Positions 1-8,035 of a DNA stretch of 64,000 nucleotides are shown here, one piece after another. The first letter of the stretch is position 1; every line of letters starts with the position of its first letter. The notes beneath the pieces are model-generated. The model was given only the letters and a program-made list of their open reading frames with translations. It was not told the DNA's origin and did not search any database. The stretch lies in IMG/VR virus record IMGVR_UViG_3300034061_002899, one strand, 5' to 3'. The position numbers and the translations under genes were made by a program. This stretch comes from a virus.

Positions 1-474
1 TTGAAAAATACAAATATAAATCAGCCACTAACACTAAGAATATTTTTGATGGATCAACATGATAAAGATATACTATCTAATATAATAATGGAATTAAAAA
101 ATATAGGTTTTGAATTTATCACATTGAAAAGGGATATAAAAGAACAACTATTAAGTTACATGATTGCCCGCTCTTATGTAAAAAATGTATTTAGAATTAA
201 TAGTGAAATAAATCAACCGGTATACATTGATCTTAGAAAATTAAATAAAGCACTAACTCACATCTATGATAGTCATCTATTATGGGAAAAGAACTTATCT
301 GTGGTATTACACAATATTGAATATCAAACAGTAAATTATGAATCTATACATTCAGATATGGAAAACATCTACAACACAAAATTTAAATATCAAAGTGAAA
401 AGTCAATTAAAGGTGACCCATTTGATTTAATTATAAATAAACAAGAGGTTATGGATTTTTTAACAAATCTTTGA
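1..474 (+). CDS. hypothetical protein, probably 5'-truncated by window edge
   Basis: Open frame from position 1; no motif recognised. Confidence 0.55.
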   Translation: MKNTNINQPLTLRIFLMDQHDKDILSNIIMELKNIGFEFITLKRDIKEQLLSYMIARSYVKNVFRINSEINQPVYIDLRKLNKALTHIYDSHLLWEKNLSVVLHNIEYQTVNYESIHSDMENIYNTKFKYQSEKSIKGDPFDLIINKQEVMDFLTNL

Positions 475-482
475 CTTTACCA

Positions 483-551
483 ATACCGGTCTCTTTGGGC
501 TCATCCCGGTATACAAATTCTGCGTCCTATGCTATAATCTAACATAGGAGA
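483..551 (+). promoter_or_regulatory. structured leader of queD (candidate riboswitch) and/or extended -10 promoter
   Basis: Stem ATACCGG(483-489)/CCGGTAT(506-512); stem CCTATG/CATAGG masks the AGGAG SD; TGCTATAAT at 530-538. Confidence 0.4.
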
Positions 552-556
552 ACACA

Positions 557-1039
557 ATGGCAAACAAAAAATTCTTTTCAACAAAGACATACCGACAAAT
601 AGGTCCTGTTGCATATCGTCAATGGCGTGCAGACAGTCATTGTAATTTAATTCATGGCTATGCTATGAGTTTTCACTTTGAGTTTGAAGCTGATACACTT
701 GATGCCCGTAACTGGGTAACAGACTTCGGTGGATTACGACCACTCAAAGATAAACTAGAAGAATGGTTCGATCATACATTACTAGTTGCACAAGATGACC
801 CAATGCGTGAACATTTATTAGAACTAGGTCGTTTGAAATTAGCAAAGATTACAGAAGTAGAACGTACTGGTTGTGAAGGTATTGCTGACTTCTTGTATGA
901 ATATATTAACACAATCTTTTTACCTAACTGCGGTAGTGAAGAAGCAAAACGTGTCTGGTGCTGTAGAGTAGAGGTTCGTGAGACTGATAGTAACATGGCA
1001 GGACGTGGTGGTCACAGGGAAGACAATGAATTCGCTTGA
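557..1039 (+). CDS. queD: 6-carboxy-5,6,7,8-tetrahydropterin synthase (QueD/PTPS)
   Basis: HCNLIHGY, DFGGL, FDH and TGCE motifs; AGGAG SD; near queE. Confidence 0.85.
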   Translation: MANKKFFSTKTYRQIGPVAYRQWRADSHCNLIHGYAMSFHFEFEADTLDARNWVTDFGGLRPLKDKLEEWFDHTLLVAQDDPMREHLLELGRLKLAKITEVERTGCEGIADFLYEYINTIFLPNCGSEEAKRVWCCRVEVRETDSNMAGRGGHREDNEFA

Positions 1040-1217
1040 GAAAATCTGGGCTAGGGCAACAGGTCATCTAATGGGTAACACCGATGATGACAGGCCTGAT
1101 GTGCCTATTCTTACATTGGGTGAAGCAAGAATTGCATTGTTCCTAAAAACTTTCTGGGTGGTGCTACATGTGATAACATGTTGTTTTATTATAGCAAATA
1201 CTATACATCATTGGTAA
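1026..1217 (+). CDS. small membrane protein
   Basis: ATG 1026 (MNSLEKIW); C-terminal hydrophobic helix. Confidence 0.6.
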   Translation: MNSLEKIWARATGHLMGNTDDDRPDVPILTLGEARIALFLKTFWVVLHVITCCFIIANTIHHW

Positions 1218-1220
1218 AAT

Positions 1221-1412
1221 ATGAATAAAAAAATTAAAGAACTATGGGAAGAAGCCGCTCAACGAGATGATATAATGGATGAAAAACGTTATGAACATTT
1301 TGCTGAGTTAGTAATTAGAGACTGTGCTAAACAAGTTAACCATCTTTATAAACAAGGTGGCGGCACTTGGGGTGAAGTTATTCTTAAACATTTTAATATA
1401 AAAATCAAATGA
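1221..1412 (+). CDS. small phage protein, FAELIVREC/HFGV paralog family
   Basis: IKELWEEA..HFAELVIRDC..ILKHF; similar to 16303, 25496 and 25713. Confidence 0.7.
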   Translation: MNKKIKELWEEAAQRDDIMDEKRYEHFAELVIRDCAKQVNHLYKQGGGTWGEVILKHFNIKIK

Positions 1413-2257
1413 GTCATTTAAAAGTATCAGAGTTATTTTATAGTATTCAAGGTGAGGGTAGATTCATGGGAGTTCCCTCCGTGTTCTTACGAACATATGG
1501 ATGCAATTTTACATGCGGTGGATTCGGCATGCCTAAAGGGGAATTGAGTAGTGAGAGAGATGTTATTGCGATTAAAGCAGAAGATTATACAGACTATAAA
1601 TCCTTACCGCTTGTCAGTACAGGATGTGATAGTTACGCAAGTTGGGACCCTCGTTTTAAACATCTTAGTCCTGTCATCGCTACCGATAGTATTGTTGACA
1701 GCATTTGTGATATACTTCCTCATGGTCGTTGGATGGATGAACATCTTGTTATTACAGGTGGTGAACCTCTTCTTGGCTGGCAAAGAGCGTATCCTGACTT
1801 ACTGTCACATGAGAAAATGAGAGCATTGAAAGAGATTACATTTGAAACTAATGGCACACAAGAACTAAATCAAGACTTTAAAATATATCTACAGAAATGG
1901 AAGATTAACAGAGAAAAGAATGCACTTACATTTAGTGTGAGTCCTAAACTAAGTATCAGCGGTGAGAAGTGGAGTGAAGCAATTTGTCCCGAAATTATTC
2001 ATCAATATGAAAGCATAGGATTTGTATATCTTAAGTTTGTCATTGCCACAAAAGAAGATGCAATTGAAGCTGATGAAGCAGTAAAAGAGTTTCGTGGTAG
2101 AGGTTTTAGAGGTCCAGTATACTTCATGCCATGCGGTGGTGTAGAATCATTGTATAACTTAAATGCAAAGAATGTTGCTATTGAAGCAATGAATCGTGGT
2201 TATCGTTATAGCGACAGACTACAAGTACCACTCTTTAAAAATGAGTGGGGAACTTAA
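1409..2257 (+). CDS. queE: 7-carboxy-7-deazaguanine synthase (radical SAM QueE)
   Basis: FYSIQGEG, GCNFTC...GCDS, ITGGEP, ETNGT, SVSPKL motifs. Confidence 0.88.
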   Translation: MSHLKVSELFYSIQGEGRFMGVPSVFLRTYGCNFTCGGFGMPKGELSSERDVIAIKAEDYTDYKSLPLVSTGCDSYASWDPRFKHLSPVIATDSIVDSICDILPHGRWMDEHLVITGGEPLLGWQRAYPDLLSHEKMRALKEITFETNGTQELNQDFKIYLQKWKINREKNALTFSVSPKLSISGEKWSEAICPEIIHQYESIGFVYLKFVIATKEDAIEADEAVKEFRGRGFRGPVYFMPCGGVESLYNLNAKNVAIEAMNRGYRYSDRLQVPLFKNEWGT

Positions 2258-2475
2258 TGCCGCAAACACAGCCATACGATCATTTCTATGAAAGGATGAT
2301 CGGAACCGAATACAAGTTTGCTTGGTTACCTAAGAGATGTGATATATCAGGTGAACGTATTTGGTTAAAGTATGGATACCGATTAACTAGAATCATTACT
2401 GGGCCAGGTGAATCTATATTTGAGTATAGATGGCACGATAAGAATACCCATATTATGTGGAAACTAACAAGGTAA
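2257..2475 (+). CDS. hypothetical phage protein
   Basis: TAATG coupling to queE; FAWLPKRC motif. Confidence 0.65.
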   Translation: MPQTQPYDHFYERMIGTEYKFAWLPKRCDISGERIWLKYGYRLTRIITGPGESIFEYRWHDKNTHIMWKLTR

Positions 2476-2479
2476 ATAT

Positions 2480-2653
2480 ATGTATGAATTAAGATATCTT
2501 GTCCGAAACGGTTGGGACGGACCAGAAAAAGTGTTACAATATAGAACACAACTTGAAGTTACAGACTATAGTGGAACTACTACAAACGGTAGTTTTACTA
2601 AAAAGCGTGAATGGACTGAGTGGCAAGATGTGCCTACAGTAAAAGATACATGA
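2480..2653 (+). CDS. 57-aa hypothetical protein (not in ORF track)
   Basis: MYELRYLVRNGWDGPEKVLQYR...WTEWQDVPTVKDT; ATGA overlap with next gene. Confidence 0.65.
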   Translation: MYELRYLVRNGWDGPEKVLQYRTQLEVTDYSGTTTNGSFTKKREWTEWQDVPTVKDT

Positions 2654-4053
2654 GAACATACGATAAACGAATTGGGTTTTTAATAAACTCTGAACATATA
2701 AAATCTACAGGTGGCAATGGACAATTTGCTAGAAGTTTTTGCGACTTGATGTCAAAAAATAAAATTAAAGTAGATATCATTACTGATAAAACCCCGCACT
2801 ATAAAGAGTTTGCAAACTCATTAGGAGTGAATATCATTACACCAGATGACCCATATAAAGATGGAAAGCACAGCGCCATTTTTGCTAAACCTGATAGTTA
2901 TAATTTAGAAAAAATGCTAAACTTTAGAAATTCAATTCTAAAGGCTATGACTACTAATATGTATGATATATTTGTGTGTAACTCACCTGAGAGTATTTTT
3001 ACCGCAATATCATTAGGTATGTCAGAAAACATACAAATAATTGCATATACACATCTAGAAAGTCAAATTTTTACTAACACTAGTAATCCTTTCTGTGATG
3101 AAGCAAATGAATTAATGAGGCAAAATCTTACAACTTCAGGAATCTTTGTTGCTACTCAGAGTGATTTTAACGCAAAACAATTTAATAGACCAAACGTGTA
3201 TGAATGTCCTATTCCATTGACAGAAGCAACGTTGTTGAAAAAATATAACAACAAGAGAGAAGGTGTATTATTCGTTGGTCGTTGGGAACCAGGTAAGAAA
3301 CCAGAATTGTTTATTGATTTAATAAAACAAACAGGTTTACCTGCAAAAGTTTTAACAAGCCCTAATGGCGTAAAAAAGTTTGAGGAAGCATTAAAACCAT
3401 TAGGTGTTAAGTATGAAATTAAACACAGTCTTGTAGGACAATCAAAAGTTGATTTTATAACAAGTGCTAGAATAGCGTTCAATCCTAGTATAGTTGAAAG
3501 TTATGGTATGGCATTCCATGAACAAACTATACAATTACCTACAGTAGCGTTAGATGGCATGCGTTGGTTAAATAATTTCAATAGTGATTATTATTATACT
3601 TGTGATAAAAAAACTATGGTTGATACTATTACGAGTTTATACGGGCATTTTGATAAAGCAGAAGAATGGTATAACATCAATGTAGTTGAATATTATTCTG
3701 AATTAGAAAGTCAAGTGTTTTCTAAATGGAAGAAATGTTTTGACGCATTTATTCCTAAACAAGTTAAAGGTGATAGTGCTTCTATAAATCAACAAACATC
3801 TGTATGCTATGATACCTTTATAAAGAGTTTAAAAAGAACACAAATAAGTTTAGGTAATGACTTACGAGCAATTTATAACAACAAGCATAAGTTTGACGTA
3901 ATTTATACAGATAATCACACCCATTTATCTAAAGATAAAAATTATATTCCAATTGACCCTATGGTAGAAGTTAAAGAAGATAACGCTGATAGGTTAGTTC
4001 AACCCTACAACAATTTGTTTTACGAAGATACTGATGCAACAGAAAATAACTAA
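2650..4053 (+). CDS. GT-B (GT4-like) glycosyltransferase
   Basis: GG loop near N-terminus, LFVGRWEPGKKP, PSIVESYGMAFHE; ATG 2650 preferred over GTG 2620. Confidence 0.8.
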   Translation: MRTYDKRIGFLINSEHIKSTGGNGQFARSFCDLMSKNKIKVDIITDKTPHYKEFANSLGVNIITPDDPYKDGKHSAIFAKPDSYNLEKMLNFRNSILKAMTTNMYDIFVCNSPESIFTAISLGMSENIQIIAYTHLESQIFTNTSNPFCDEANELMRQNLTTSGIFVATQSDFNAKQFNRPNVYECPIPLTEATLLKKYNNKREGVLFVGRWEPGKKPELFIDLIKQTGLPAKVLTSPNGVKKFEEALKPLGVKYEIKHSLVGQSKVDFITSARIAFNPSIVESYGMAFHEQTIQLPTVALDGMRWLNNFNSDYYYTCDKKTMVDTITSLYGHFDKAEEWYNINVVEYYSELESQVFSKWKKCFDAFIPKQVKGDSASINQQTSVCYDTFIKSLKRTQISLGNDLRAIYNNKHKFDVIYTDNHTHLSKDKNYIPIDPMVEVKEDNADRLVQPYNNLFYEDTDATENN

Positions 4054-4555
4054 TTTTATAAATTCATCTGACTTTCAAAATACGTTTAATGTTTTAAATA
4101 AGTCAATTGTGTCACCTGGACCGCAAATTTTTACTTTAAATCAGTTAGTAAATAATTCCTCAATAAAAGTTAAAGGCGGGATATATTTTTTGTATGATGA
4201 CAATCAACACGGATTATATAAAAAGGATGCGCTATGGTATGTGGGTATAACTGGTACTTCAACTCTAAGAGACCGTGTTCGTAAACATTGGCAAAGAGCA
4301 ACAGGAACTTTTAATTTAAACAATAATACTATTGTTCCGAGTTTTAACTATTTTGAAAATTGGTTAAATTCAAAAGGACATGGTGGTGTTAATGGCATTT
4401 GGCAAAGTAATTGCCAAGTTCTTTGGTATGAAACAGTTAACCTTAGTAAGGATGAAATGGAATATCTAGAAACAAAGTGTATTATGTCGCTTGATCCTAT
4501 TCTTAATAAACAAAGATTTTCTATTTTTGGTATACCGGCATTAAATTTATTATGA
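4034..4555 (+). CDS. GIY-YIG endonuclease (possible homing endonuclease)
   Basis: GGIYFLY...WYVGIT...LRDR...E...LN. Confidence 0.7.
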   Translation: MQQKITNFINSSDFQNTFNVLNKSIVSPGPQIFTLNQLVNNSSIKVKGGIYFLYDDNQHGLYKKDALWYVGITGTSTLRDRVRKHWQRATGTFNLNNNTIVPSFNYFENWLNSKGHGGVNGIWQSNCQVLWYETVNLSKDEMEYLETKCIMSLDPILNKQRFSIFGIPALNLL

Positions 4556-5382
4556 AAAAAGTTTTAATAACAGGTTGTTCAGGTTACATAGGATCGCATC
4601 TATGTAAACTATTAGCAAATGACTATGAGGTGCATGGATTAGATATTGTTGATCCACAGGCACCGCTCAATGAATTCTATCGATGTGATATCAATAGACA
4701 ATTTACAATGCCGGAAGATATTGAATACGATGCTGTTATTCATTTAGCCGCATTAGTTCGTGTTGGCGAGAGTGAACAAATACCAATCAAATATTATATC
4801 ACTAACTTGAATGGTACGATGAATGTTATCAACAGAATAAAAGCAAAGAACTTTATATTTTCAAGTACAGGTGCCGCACAAGATTGTAATAGCGCATACG
4901 GTATTAGTAAACGTGCGGCAGAAGATGTAGTTAGAGAATATTGTACAAACCATCGAGAAACACCATATACAATCTTTAGATTTTATAATGTTATTGGAAG
5001 CACCGTCGTATCTCCCACTAACCCCGATGGGTTAATGTATAACTTAATGAAGGCACGTGAGAGTGGTGAGTTTACTATATTTGGTAATGACTATGATGTG
5101 AGTGATGATGGTACCTGTGTACGTGACTATGTACATGTCAATGAAATATGTGACGCATTAATGCAAGCAATTGAAAAACCTAGCAATAGTGTTGAATCAC
5201 TTGGGCACGGAGTAGGATGGACTGTTAAAGAAATTGTTGATGAATTTCAAAAAGTCAATAATGTTAGCTTTAATATAAAATACGGGCCAAGAAGAAAGGG
5301 CGACATTGCTAGTAGTGTACTAAAAAATGTATCGCCCTATATGCGTAACTTGTATACGATGGATGAGTTACTTAAGGTTTAA
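4552..5382 (+). CDS. NAD-dependent sugar epimerase (GalE-like)
   Basis: TGCSGYIG, HLAA, YGISK, RFYNV, RDYVHV. Confidence 0.88.
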   Translation: MKKVLITGCSGYIGSHLCKLLANDYEVHGLDIVDPQAPLNEFYRCDINRQFTMPEDIEYDAVIHLAALVRVGESEQIPIKYYITNLNGTMNVINRIKAKNFIFSSTGAAQDCNSAYGISKRAAEDVVREYCTNHRETPYTIFRFYNVIGSTVVSPTNPDGLMYNLMKARESGEFTIFGNDYDVSDDGTCVRDYVHVNEICDALMQAIEKPSNSVESLGHGVGWTVKEIVDEFQKVNNVSFNIKYGPRRKGDIASSVLKNVSPYMRNLYTMDELLKV

Positions 5383-6386
5383 CTTAAACCAATCTTTCCC
5401 GGATACATTGGCCCGTCTTTGATTCTTTCACCACCGTCAAAGTAACGTATTTCAATAGGCATATCTTGCCAGTTTAATCTGTATGCAGCCATGATACGAT
5501 GATTGCCTTCGTTGACCCATGCTTCACCGTTGTAGGCAACCATGATGTATGGAAGATATTCGTGATCGGGACTGTGTGACATGGGTGGTAATTTACCAGT
5601 CTTTTCCATATAATCCATCAACCACTTTAAGTCAGCTTTACGGACATTAGTTTGTTCATGGCGCATACCCGGCAATGATGCCAAACGCATTACACGTACT
5701 CTTGGTGGTGTTCCTCTTACTGAAGCTGTAGTACTGCCCATATATGGTACACCATAACTATTGCGTCCTTGCTTTTTAGCATAGTCAATCTTGCTTTGTA
5801 ACCAATCCTCATTAGGTACGTCTACACTTAGTGTGCCTTCTGTGACACCTTGCTGACCTTTATCTAGAAATGCTACATTGTCTGGTATGCCTAGCTTTTT
5901 AATGCTCCACAGTATTTGATTATATTTTCCATCATATACTAATTTGTCAGATCCTAGATTTGGCGCACTAGAGTTAATTTGTTGTTCTGCTCGTTTATAG
6001 CTTTGAGGTTTGAGATACTTTTTAGCTTCACTAGGCCATCCACCTTGAAGAACATTATATAATGATAGTAAACTAAAAGCCCAGTCTTCTTTATCATCAG
6101 TTTCCCAACCTTGTTCACCGTGAGGATGAGTAACTAATATCGCACCCTTTTGTATAAGAGCCGGTACATTTAATTTTCTACGGTCAACATTAAATGTAGT
6201 GTTTGAATAGCCTTCCGCCACACTTGACCTTGATTCTCCGCCGCCACCATCACCTCCGCCTTCACCGGATTCTCCACTACCTCCGTAGTAGCCATAACCA
6301 GGAAAATAATATCCTCCTGTTCTGCGAATTCTTTTAGATTTTTTTCTAGATTTTTTGCGTTCTATTATAAATTCATTAGCTCTCAT
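5379..6386 (-). CDS. modular putative internal virion protein with C-terminal ParB/Srx-like domain
   Basis: MRANEFIIE leader; Gly/Tyr-rich segment; VAEG and QGVTEG linkers; NEGNHR motif. Confidence 0.65.
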   Translation of the reverse strand: MRANEFIIERKKSRKKSKRIRRTGGYYFPGYGYYGGSGESGEGGGDGGGGESRSSVAEGYSNTTFNVDRRKLNVPALIQKGAILVTHPHGEQGWETDDKEDWAFSLLSLYNVLQGGWPSEAKKYLKPQSYKRAEQQINSSAPNLGSDKLVYDGKYNQILWSIKKLGIPDNVAFLDKGQQGVTEGTLSVDVPNEDWLQSKIDYAKKQGRNSYGVPYMGSTTASVRGTPPRVRVMRLASLPGMRHEQTNVRKADLKWLMDYMEKTGKLPPMSHSPDHEYLPYIMVAYNGEAWVNEGNHRIMAAYRLNWQDMPIEIRYFDGGERIKDGPMYPGKIGLS

Positions 6387-6937
6387 GTATAACCCCTAAC
6401 TCTATCAAAGAAACTTGGTTTACCCTTTGACGGACCTTTAACTTCTCCATGACGTTTATGTTGACTACCATAGTCATAGAATTTACCTACTACATCGAAT
6501 CCATGCTTAAAGAAAATTGCAGCCGGGAAAGGTCTGATATTTTTCATCATTCCCACACGTTCTTTACCTTGTGGTGCTTCTTGTTTATCAGTTGTATTTC
6601 TATCAACTGGTTGTAACCATGCATTTGGTTTTAATCTAACTAACCAAACATAAGGCTTTTCCATAGCATACAAGTCATTATCATTTATATAAGTTTTTAA
6701 TGGATAGAACCACAATGCAGGATTACCCTTGCCTGCACCAATATAATCTGGATAATAGTCTGGATGGTCAATGTCAACACTACGTCCAAACTTTTGTTTA
6801 GCACTAAAGCCTAACTGGTCAATGTCAGTAAAGCGAACAAAGTATTCTTCTGGTCTGCCACCATCACGCTTAACAGCATTGATGATTTGATCCTTAACAC
6901 TTACTTTGGCTTCTGTGATAAACTCAGTGGCTCTCAT
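6383..6937 (-). CDS. putative internal virion protein
   Basis: MRATEFITE leader; coupled to neighbours. Confidence 0.65.
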   Translation of the reverse strand: MRATEFITEAKVSVKDQIINAVKRDGGRPEEYFVRFTDIDQLGFSAKQKFGRSVDIDHPDYYPDYIGAGKGNPALWFYPLKTYINDNDLYAMEKPYVWLVRLKPNAWLQPVDRNTTDKQEAPQGKERVGMMKNIRPFPAAIFFKHGFDVVGKFYDYGSQHKRHGEVKGPSKGKPSFFDRVRGYT

Positions 6938-7116
6938 TTCTTACGTCCTCTAAATCCTGCTGGCATATGTAAATCATTAACGGGGAACATTGATTTGAAC
7001 CATTCATCAGTGCCCGGCTTTGCAGTAATCTTACTACGGTCTATAGGAATAGAAGATGTAGGTTTTCCTCTATAATCATTTACACCAGCAAGTCTTTTAA
7101 GTTCGTCTAAGTTCAT
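6934..7116 (-). CDS. small protein with LKRLAG motif
   Basis: MNLDELKRLAGV; similar RIRKLSGL motif inside 8035-9513. Confidence 0.65.
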   Translation of the reverse strand: MNLDELKRLAGVNDYRGKPTSSIPIDRSKITAKPGTDEWFKSMFPVNDLHMPAGFRGRKK

Positions 7117-7667
7117 AGACTCTTACCCCAACGTGTATTGATTACATTCCAGTTAATAATCTTCCACTGTTCTTTCAAATATTTCTTTTTGTCAGAACCA
7201 TAGTCTAATATCCAGGCATGTTCCCACCAATCAACTAACAACAGTATGTCATTGCGTACTTCATGGTTCTTGATAGTTTTAATCTTACCATCAGTTGCTA
7301 AGTATACCCAACCACTACCTTGAATCTTCATTGCTTCAGTTTCAAACTGATCCTTCATTGATTCGTATGAGCCAAAATGTTTGTTAATAAAGCCCATCAT
7401 AGGACCATTGGGATTATTTTTATTTCTCACTTCACGGAACTGAGGGAATAATGTATTATGTAAAAATGCACCTGCATAGTTAAAATCCTTATCACCCTCA
7501 CCCTTGTTATAGCGTTCAGCATAACCTTTAGCTAGTTTGTCATAGTGAAGTTCTATTGTATCTTTACTAAGAACAGGTGCAAGTTCACCTTCAGTAAAGT
7601 TTAGTGGAATGATTTCTATGTCTTGGGGTTTACTCTTATCCTCAAGTAAAGTAATTAAGTCACGCAT
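7113..7667 (-). CDS. Fe/Mn superoxide dismutase-like protein
   Basis: TIELHY, AFLHN, QGSGWVYL, LLVDWWEHAW: all four metal-ligand positions present. Confidence 0.85.
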   Translation of the reverse strand: MRDLITLLEDKSKPQDIEIIPLNFTEGELAPVLSKDTIELHYDKLAKGYAERYNKGEGDKDFNYAGAFLHNTLFPQFREVRNKNNPNGPMMGFINKHFGSYESMKDQFETEAMKIQGSGWVYLATDGKIKTIKNHEVRNDILLLVDWWEHAWILDYGSDKKKYLKEQWKIINWNVINTRWGKSL

Positions 7668-8035
7668 TAGTCTGTATAATCCTCAACTTGTACAATCATA
7701 TTAGGTAATATATCACCCAAATACATACATTGATCTGTTTCTTTTAAACTGTCAATCCAATTATCAACTGTAGTATGATCCAAATCTCCTACAAGTTTTT
7801 TATGGTCTAATTTATTTACATCAACTGTGATTAATGTTACATAATCATTACCAGTTCTTTCTTGGTCTGACACCGCATACTCTAATGCTAAGTCAGGATT
7901 ATCTGTTAAAAATACTGCATGGTGTCTACCACCTCTTAGACCTTGCTGTTGAATAACATCAGCTGGCTCAGATGTTCCATGCCATAATTGAGTATGATCA
8001 TTTGTATTTTCAAAAATAAACTCTTTGGATAGCAT
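7667..8035 (-). CDS. ADP-ribosyltransferase-fold (KptA/ART-like) protein
   Basis: LWHGT..IQQQGL..VFLTD..ALEYA pattern; MLSKEFIFE leader. Confidence 0.55.
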   Translation of the reverse strand: MLSKEFIFENTNDHTQLWHGTSEPADVIQQQGLRGGRHHAVFLTDNPDLALEYAVSDQERTGNDYVTLITVDVNKLDHKKLVGDLDHTTVDNWIDSLKETDQCMYLGDILPNMIVQVEDYTD

